From positions 1 through 42,127 of the forward strand of contig JAGXNU010000001.1 of NCBI GenBank assembly GCA_019894815.1: a DNA stretch of 42,127 nt. The letters are read 5' to 3'. This stretch comes from Promethearchaeota archaeon (GTDB lineage: Archaea; Asgardarchaeota; Lokiarchaeia; Sigyniarchaeales; SOKP01). The notes under the pieces were generated by a model. The model was given only the letters and a program-made list of their open reading frames with translations. It did not search any database and was not told the DNA's origin. Position 1 is the first letter of the stretch; the number at the start of each line of letters is the position of its first letter. The position numbers and the translations under genes were made by a program. Shown here in pieces: positions 35,937 to 42,127 of the stretch.

Positions 35937-35943
35937 TAAATAC
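35934..35943 (+). promoter_or_regulatory. TATA-box-like element gTTTAAATAc for the orc1/cdc6-like gene
   Basis: Identical 10-mer to the mini-gene promoters; 44-53 nt upstream of ATG 35987. Confidence 0.4.
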
Positions 35944-35986
35944 CTTGATCAAAATTAAATATAAACTACAAAAAAATTGAATAAAA

Positions 35987-37147
35987 ATGATGGCTAAAGC
36001 AAAATCTTATGGAAATTATATAGGACCAAGGGCAATCTTCGATCAAAACTTTATTCCTCCACAAATTTTACACCGACAAAAAGAGGAGCATTCACTTTTT
36101 TCGGTAATGAATGATGCTATCACCGATGATTTTGGTATTAACATTCTTTATCAGGGAATAGACGGTATCGGAAAGAAAGTAATAGTCAATAAAGTCTTTA
36201 ATGATTTACTAAATCAAGATCATTTAACTTCATATAACTATAAAATTAAAGTTGATTGTAAAGAAAAAAAACTCGAAGATCTTATTATTTCACTATTAGG
36301 TGAAATGAATATAGTGTATAATTTTAAATTAGATTTTCAACAAGTCTTAAATTCTAATTTAACAGATTTGTGGAACCTCTTCAAACTTGCTTGTCAAAAA
36401 GTCAACTACAATCTTCTCATAGCTTTCTATAATGTTGAACATTTAAATCCTGAAATTTTTAAGAAATTCCTTCATTTTGGAAAGGAAAAAAACATGGTTT
36501 TAATCTCTACTATCAATAAAGTTCTAAAACCTGCTGCTTATGACTTGCTCGGTTGTTTTGACTTGAAAATTAACCTGAATTATTTTTCTTATAATCAATT
36601 ATGTGAAATTCTCCATCAAAGGATAGCCTTAGCATATACAGTAAATTTAGAAACAGATTTAGTAGAATTCATTACAGATTTAATCTTCGAACATTACGTA
36701 CCCGTACCTGGAAAAGGAGTTGATATCTTAAGAGAATTATATCTCTTATTAAACTCAAAAAAGGATCATAAAGAGGATGGATTATATGAGATCATTCAAA
36801 ATCAATTTGATCCATTACAAATGTCTGACGAATACAGCTTACTAACATATATTTCTGAAGAAAATTTTCTCACAATAATCTTTTTAGATAATTTGTCAAA
36901 TTTCTTTTTAAAAAATACGAGGTATTACATAAGTTCTCAAGAATTAAAAGAATTGTATCAAATATCTTGTGAATCGCTTGATTATGATATTTCTCTGGAA
37001 GAACTTGAAAGTTTAATAAATATGTTTCAAAATATTGGAATTTTAAGCACCTCTAAGAAAAATTTATTCAATAACTCTCGCTATTTCATAATAATTCCCC
37101 CAAAACAGCTGAAAGCAATCGTGGATGCCTTATTTACTAAATTTTAA
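35987..37147 (+). CDS. Orc1/Cdc6-like AAA+ protein with degenerate Walker A and B motifs
   Basis: N-terminal IFDQNFIPPQILHRQKEE matches the Orc1/Cdc6 signature. Walker A reads GIDGIGKK and the Walker B position reads AFYNVE. A C-terminal wH-like region is present. Confidence 0.65.
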   Translation: MMAKAKSYGNYIGPRAIFDQNFIPPQILHRQKEEHSLFSVMNDAITDDFGINILYQGIDGIGKKVIVNKVFNDLLNQDHLTSYNYKIKVDCKEKKLEDLIISLLGEMNIVYNFKLDFQQVLNSNLTDLWNLFKLACQKVNYNLLIAFYNVEHLNPEIFKKFLHFGKEKNMVLISTINKVLKPAAYDLLGCFDLKINLNYFSYNQLCEILHQRIALAYTVNLETDLVEFITDLIFEHYVPVPGKGVDILRELYLLLNSKKDHKEDGLYEIIQNQFDPLQMSDEYSLLTYISEENFLTIIFLDNLSNFFLKNTRYYISSQELKELYQISCESLDYDISLEELESLINMFQNIGILSTSKKNLFNNSRYFIIIPPKQLKAIVDALFTKF

Positions 37148-37274
37148 TTTTTTTTTTCCCTATTTTTAATAATTCTATATAACACAATTTTAACTTTTTG
37201 GTTGTAATGTATATATATATAGATGGAATTACTCATTATTTTAAGAAAGAGTTAATTTATGAGGAGATTGTTCT

Positions 37275-40200
37275 TTGACCTATATTAAAAAAATTTCAAT
37301 GACAGGCTTTAAATCTTTTGGTGAAAGAACAGTAACCATTAGACTTTCAAGCGGATTCACGTGTATTGTGGGTCCAAATGGTGCGGGTAAATCTAATATA
37401 ATCGATGCATTATGTTTTGCTCTTGGACGATTAAGCAAGAAAACAATGAGAGCTAAAAATTTAGAAGATTTAATTTTTGCGGGGTCTAGAGGGAAAAATC
37501 CTTCGCAAAGAGCTTCTGTAACCTTATATTTTGATAATTCCGATAATATCTTTCCAGGAGGCGGTGACACGTTTGACATAACTCGAACAATTAAAAAGGG
37601 TGGCGGAGGAGGCTATAAAATGAATCAAAAGAAAGTCACACGGCAACAAATCCTTAACGCCCTCGCAGCAGCTAATATCGATCCAGACGGAAGTAATCAG
37701 TTTGTACTCCAAGGTAAGATTGTAGAATTAACTCATATGAATACTGAAGATCGACGGTTGTTTATCGAAGAACTCGTTGGACTGCAAAAGTATGATGAGA
37801 TGAAAGATTCTACAATGAAAGAACTAGAAAAAGCTGAAAGAGATCTAGGTCAATTTGAAGCAATTTTTAAAGAAGTATCCGCACAACTGAAAAAAGTAGA
37901 GAAAGAAAAGAACGACGCTCTTACCTGGAAGGAATTTGATGAAAAAATCAAGTTATATAATGCTCAGCTCATTGCGTTAAAAATATCAAAATTACGTGAA
38001 GAAGAGGCTCAATTAGAATTAAAGATAGAAGAAACCAATAAAATCATTGAGGAAGTCAATGAAAAAATTATAATACAAGAGGACGTTTTAAAACAGGAAT
38101 CTCTTGTAATGGACAATATTCAAAAAACCATTATTGAGAAAGAAAATGAAAGAGAAGCAATGAATGAAGCAATTACTCAATTAAAAACTAAATTATCTTC
38201 AAATCAAACTTCTCTAGACATTGCACAAAAGTCCATAGAGAAATTACATCAAGAAATTAAAACATTAGAAAATAAGCAAATGGAGTTGCAAGAAGGTCAG
38301 ACTTTTGATTCATTAATCGAAGAAGCATCTGCTGAAATTTTAGAAAAGGAAAACAATATTGAAGATTTAAAGAAAGAGATCGAAGAAAAACAGCAAAGTC
38401 AAGCAGAATTTGATGGAAAGATAAAGGATAAAAATGAGGAAAAATCCTCTCATGAAGCTGAAATTTCAAAAATTAAACAAAAAATCTCTTCAAACAATAC
38501 TCAAATAACTCTGCTTAAGGAAACCATACAGAAAAACAAGGATAAAAAAGAAAAATTAGTATCAGAACTAAATCGCATTAAAGGAGACGCTGAAAATATA
38601 GATGATGCGATGAAATTAATAAAAAAGCAAGAGACTGAAATAAGAAGTAATATCAATGGAATGAGAGCTAAAATAAATGAGGAAAAAAATAAGCAAATAG
38701 ATTTAGAGAGTCAAATCACTCAAATTCAAGAAGAAAAAAACAAATTAAATACGAAACTAGCTGAAATGCAATCTTTCCTCTCCTCCGTGAACACTGAAAT
38801 TAAAATGAATATGGATAGAATTGAGAAATTAAACTCACAAAAAGTTTCTGTTGAAAAGAAGATCCAAGAACTAAGTAAAGGGAAGGATTCTGAAGAAGCT
38901 CTAAAAGAGTTATTAAAAGAAAAAGATTCTATACTAAAAGATTTAACTGAGTTAAAAGCGAAAGCAAAAGAGCAAGATTCTACTTTCAGAAAGAATGAGC
39001 AAGATTTAGAATTAATGGTCATGAAGCAAAACTCTATTGAGTCCAAGATTTTTGATAATAAGGCAAAAATTGAAAATTTAAACACCCGATTAAAAATAAA
39101 TAATAAAGAACTCACTAGCCTAGAGCGAGAAAAACGGGATATTGAGCTAAAAGTCTCCTCACTTGATGCTAATCTAACTAAAAGTGATAAAGAACTTGAA
39201 AATTATAATATAAAGAAAGAAAATGTTCAAAGAAGGATAGGAGAACTAAGTAAAGAAAAAGAAATTCTTCTGAAAAAGATTGTGATCACAGAAAAAGAAT
39301 ATGAAAGCAACACTGAAGATATCTCAGGAATTCTCCAAATTTTAAGCATGCTAACCCAAAATATTAACATCTCAGTGGAATCAATAAAAAGCAATATACA
39401 ACAATCAAGTGCAGAGGCTATTGATACATCAGCCGAAGATTTTAGAAAATTCGTTTTGGATATTATTGATATCATAAAGACTATGGATTATCTTGAAGAT
39501 GAAGGGGAAAAGGAGTCTAAAGCTACATCCACTACACTCCATTCAATTCTTCAAACACTTAATTTATTCACCAATAATGTTGATTTAACCATTGATCAAC
39601 TAATTAGTAGGGTAAAAGAATCCGCCGATGTTGAAATACAACAATCTACCTCAACTATTGATACACTCATCCAAGATTTAATGGAAATCCTTGAAAACGT
39701 CCATTTATCTTTGAGAAAACTCACGATGTCAAAAAGTCAAGAATTATATAAGCAATTAGAAGAAATTTCTGAAAACATTAATGTTCAGACGGATGATTTA
39801 AACGAGATTGAGATGAAAGTCACAGAATTAACTATTCAAAATAAACACGATTCCGAATCAAATGCAATTTCTCGTCAAAGATTAGAAGTGGTTAATAAAC
39901 GCATACAAGAATTAAATGATAATTTAAATGGATTTAACGAGGAAATTAAACAAAGAACTGAACAGATTAATAAAAAACAAGAAGATAATTTGAAGGAATC
40001 AATAAATTCTTTAAAAACTTCCCGAGAGAGTTATTGGGAAAAAAATGCGATTTTACAATCTGAGATCGAGGAAAAACAAAAAGAATTAGATGATCTTAAA
40101 AATAAATTGCAGGAACTTAAGGGAATCGAAAATCTGATTGATTCAATGATGGAAATCGAAAAAAATGTGCTAGACTTAAATACTAAAAACGCAGAAAAGA

Positions 40201-41726
40201 AAGATGTAATATTAAATACTGAAAAAGGAATTGCAGCAAAACAAGAAGAAAGAAAAGCTTTCGATTCAAATATGGAGCAATTCACAAAATCTAAAGATAA
40301 ATTTTGGGAGAATACTGAAGAACTTAATGCCCAAATTGATGAAGAAAATAAAAAACTCGAAGAAACAATCGATAGACTGAGATCTTTGGAAAATATTATG
40401 ATGATCATCAATTCTATTGAAGAACTGACTAAAGAAAATGAAGATTCTGAAAATACCATCAAAAATTGCTTAGCAACCATTGAAGAAGCTAATACTGGAG
40501 TCGAAGCTATTCAAAAAATCGTCGATAAAATACAACAGGAAATTAACGCATTTAGAGAAGAAAAAACCAAAGAACTTGAGGTACAAAAGAAAGCTCAAAC
40601 CTCACTTAACATACTTAACAAGGATCTACAAAAAACCCAAAAGAAATTAAATGAACTTAATAAAAATAAAGAACGCGAACAACAAATTGTAATTGTTAAC
40701 CAAGATATCGAAGATACTGAAAAACAAGTCCAAAGTACTTTAAGCGAGATTGAGGGAATCAATAAGGACCTCGAAAGTGAAAATAAAAAGAAAATCCTAA
40801 AACAGCAAGACTTAGATGCACACATCAAAGAAAAAGATGAATCATGGAAAAAACAAAAAGGATACCAAAAAGCATTGAATGAACTCAAATCTGATCTATC
40901 AATGGAACGGTCTAAATTAAACAATTTTGAATCTAAAAAAATCATAACTACTGATCAAATTGAAACGTTCTATCATAGATCTAAAGATTATGGTGCTTTG
41001 CCACCAGTTACAGACGAACTCTCCGAAGCGGGACTCCAATCGGATATAATGGAAACTAACAAGAAAAAACAAGTGCTTGAACCTGTCAACTTAAAGGCTA
41101 TCGAACAATATGACACAGTAAAAGAACGTTTTGATGAAATTGATATGAGGAGACAGACTATTCAGCGCGAGCGCAAGTCAATTCTAGATGCGATTGATAA
41201 GATTGAACTCGAAAAGACACGAACCTTCATGAAAGCATACCATGAGATCAACCGTGAATTCAGCCGGATATTCCAACAACTTAGCCCTGGCGGATCATCT
41301 AAGATGATATTAGATCGGCCTGACAACCCTTTTGAAGGAGGTGTGTCCATCGAAGCTCGACCACGAGGTAAAAAAATCAGCAGCCTTGAAATTCTCAGTG
41401 GAGGTGAAAAAACACTTGTCGCACTCGCATTCATATTTGCAGTGCAAGAATTTTACCCTGCACCATTTTACGTATTGGATGAGATTGATGCGGCTCTTGA
41501 TGGTCCTAATGTCCATCGCGTCTCAACAGTCATAAAGGAGTTTGCAAGTCAAGCTCAATTCATGGTCATCAGTCATAGAGAAGAAAATATTGTCAATGCT
41601 GATCGCATTTATGGCGTATCCATGCAACAATCAGGGATCACTGATATATTCAATGTAGATTTGGAAGAGGAGGCAAAACGCATCCTTGAACTTCCAGATT
41701 TTCCTAAAGAGGTAATAGATAACTAA
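37275..41726 (+). CDS. smc: SMC-family chromosome segregation ATPase, unusually long (1483 aa), no recognisable hinge
   Basis: TTG start with GAGGAG 9 nt upstream. N-head GFKSFG...IVGPNGAGKSNIIDALCFALG...MRAKNLEDLIFAG...QFVLQGKI. C-head LSGGEKTLVALAFIFAVQEFYPAPFYVLDEIDAALD...QFMVISHRE. Confidence 0.85.
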   Translation: MTYIKKISMTGFKSFGERTVTIRLSSGFTCIVGPNGAGKSNIIDALCFALGRLSKKTMRAKNLEDLIFAGSRGKNPSQRASVTLYFDNSDNIFPGGGDTFDITRTIKKGGGGGYKMNQKKVTRQQILNALAAANIDPDGSNQFVLQGKIVELTHMNTEDRRLFIEELVGLQKYDEMKDSTMKELEKAERDLGQFEAIFKEVSAQLKKVEKEKNDALTWKEFDEKIKLYNAQLIALKISKLREEEAQLELKIEETNKIIEEVNEKIIIQEDVLKQESLVMDNIQKTIIEKENEREAMNEAITQLKTKLSSNQTSLDIAQKSIEKLHQEIKTLENKQMELQEGQTFDSLIEEASAEILEKENNIEDLKKEIEEKQQSQAEFDGKIKDKNEEKSSHEAEISKIKQKISSNNTQITLLKETIQKNKDKKEKLVSELNRIKGDAENIDDAMKLIKKQETEIRSNINGMRAKINEEKNKQIDLESQITQIQEEKNKLNTKLAEMQSFLSSVNTEIKMNMDRIEKLNSQKVSVEKKIQELSKGKDSEEALKELLKEKDSILKDLTELKAKAKEQDSTFRKNEQDLELMVMKQNSIESKIFDNKAKIENLNTRLKINNKELTSLEREKRDIELKVSSLDANLTKSDKELENYNIKKENVQRRIGELSKEKEILLKKIVITEKEYESNTEDISGILQILSMLTQNINISVESIKSNIQQSSAEAIDTSAEDFRKFVLDIIDIIKTMDYLEDEGEKESKATSTTLHSILQTLNLFTNNVDLTIDQLISRVKESADVEIQQSTSTIDTLIQDLMEILENVHLSLRKLTMSKSQELYKQLEEISENINVQTDDLNEIEMKVTELTIQNKHDSESNAISRQRLEVVNKRIQELNDNLNGFNEEIKQRTEQINKKQEDNLKESINSLKTSRESYWEKNAILQSEIEEKQKELDDLKNKLQELKGIENLIDSMMEIEKNVLDLNTKNAEKKDVILNTEKGIAAKQEERKAFDSNMEQFTKSKDKFWENTEELNAQIDEENKKLEETIDRLRSLENIMMIINSIEELTKENEDSENTIKNCLATIEEANTGVEAIQKIVDKIQQEINAFREEKTKELEVQKKAQTSLNILNKDLQKTQKKLNELNKNKEREQQIVIVNQDIEDTEKQVQSTLSEIEGINKDLESENKKKILKQQDLDAHIKEKDESWKKQKGYQKALNELKSDLSMERSKLNNFESKKIITTDQIETFYHRSKDYGALPPVTDELSEAGLQSDIMETNKKKQVLEPVNLKAIEQYDTVKERFDEIDMRRQTIQRERKSILDAIDKIELEKTRTFMKAYHEINREFSRIFQQLSPGGSSKMILDRPDNPFEGGVSIEARPRGKKISSLEILSGGEKTLVALAFIFAVQEFYPAPFYVLDEIDAALDGPNVHRVSTVIKEFASQAQFMVISHREENIVNADRIYGVSMQQSGITDIFNVDLEEEAKRILELPDFPKEVIDN

Positions 41727-41798
41727 CAATACCTATTTCTTTACTAAACTGAACTATTATTAATACACGGTTTTTTACATTATTTCAATATTACATTA

Positions 41799-41808
41799 GT
41801 TTAAATAG
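41799..41808 (+). promoter_or_regulatory. TATA-box-like element gTTTAAATAg for the downstream zinc-ribbon gene
   Basis: Lies 37-46 nt upstream of ATG 41845; same core as the other promoters in the window. Confidence 0.4.
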
Positions 41809-41844
41809 TCCCTTTAAGAAGGATCTAAAAGAGATGTTTAAATA

Positions 41845-42066
41845 ATGAATGATATCAGTAAAAGTATTCTTCATTGTCCTCGATGTAAAGGATTTAAGGT
41901 CTGGGAACTTGACTCAAATATTTATTGCCCATATTGTGAACTCACATTTAATAAGACTGTTTTAAAATGTTTGAGTGATGATCTCATCTTAGCTATTGAG
42001 GAATTGGAAGGAATTCTCCGCCCTTTTGAAGAAAATGGATTTGATCTTAAACTACTCATGGGATGA
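41845..42066 (+). CDS. 73-aa zinc-ribbon protein (CPRC-x13-CPYC), paralog of 845..1066
   Basis: The post-ribbon segment aligns to the left-end paralog: ELTFNKTVLKCLSDDLILAIEELEGIL versus GLEFDKSDLECFDEADILARSEKQGIL, 12/27 identical. Confidence 0.65.
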   Translation: MNDISKSILHCPRCKGFKVWELDSNIYCPYCELTFNKTVLKCLSDDLILAIEELEGILRPFEENGFDLKLLMG

Positions 42067-42127
42067 TTTTTGTCTTCCTTACTATCTTTAATTCTTATTG
42101 ACCAACTATTATTTTATAGAATTAGAG

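Noticed and set aside
37208-37222. (TA)n microsatellite in the orc1-smc spacer as a possible DNA unwinding element or origin
   Set aside because: The spacer is only 127 bp and has no flanking ORB-like repeats. It is more simply promoter or TATA sequence for smc.
37280-41535. Ten antisense or off-frame ORFs inside smc (for example 38726..39115 and 40031..40480)
   Set aside because: S/F/L-rich translations are the expected antisense shadow of a K/E-rich coiled-coil gene. None has independent start or promoter signals.
1-42127. Scan for CRISPR arrays, rRNA genes, IS elements or prophage hallmarks
   Set aside because: No regularly spaced 25-40 nt direct repeats, no long G+C-rich structured RNA segments beyond the two tRNAs, and no integrase, transposase or capsid-like ORFs were seen.

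Overview
AT-rich (roughly 30% G+C by eye), densely coding archaeal chromosome segment. Archaeal identity rests on ribosomal protein eL15, RNase P proteins Rpp30 and Pop5, an Orc1/Cdc6-like gene, ArcTGT, Trm5/Taw2, Fap7/AK6, PyrI, an NFACT protein, TATA-like gtttaaata boxes about 45-55 nt upstream of start codons, and oligo-T terminators. A Roadblock/LC7 gene, a longin-like protein and an EMC6-like membrane protein hint at an Asgard (Lokiarchaeia-like) origin, which I cannot verify without searches. Housekeeping content: a tRNA-modification operon bracketed by tRNA-Ile(GAU) and tRNA-Arg(UCU), TrpB2, a lone PyrI, a glycerophosphodiesterase operon, a COG1900-ferredoxin gene, a VOC/ThDP-enzyme/SDR cluster, HAD and nitrilase-family hydrolases, and condensin genes at both window ends (partial scpA-like at the left, a 1483-aa smc at the right). 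Main hunt result: the 'empty' 0.9-kb gap at 4946-5844 holds three tandem mini-genes, below the ORF-track cutoff, each with its own TATA box, GGAGG site and T-tract. They encode 39-41 aa signal-peptide-like precursors ending in a conserved FAExFPGxxGGP tail. They are divergently paired with a 1184-aa repeat-containing ORFan. Other unusual items are two translationally coupled giant ORFans next to Roadblock, an SMC with no recognisable hinge, paralogous zinc-ribbon genes beside both condensin genes, a Walker-degenerate Orc1/Cdc6 paralog, and a candidate C/D box sRNA. No CRISPR array, integrase or transposase was seen. All family calls come from motif recognition by eye; no database search was possible.
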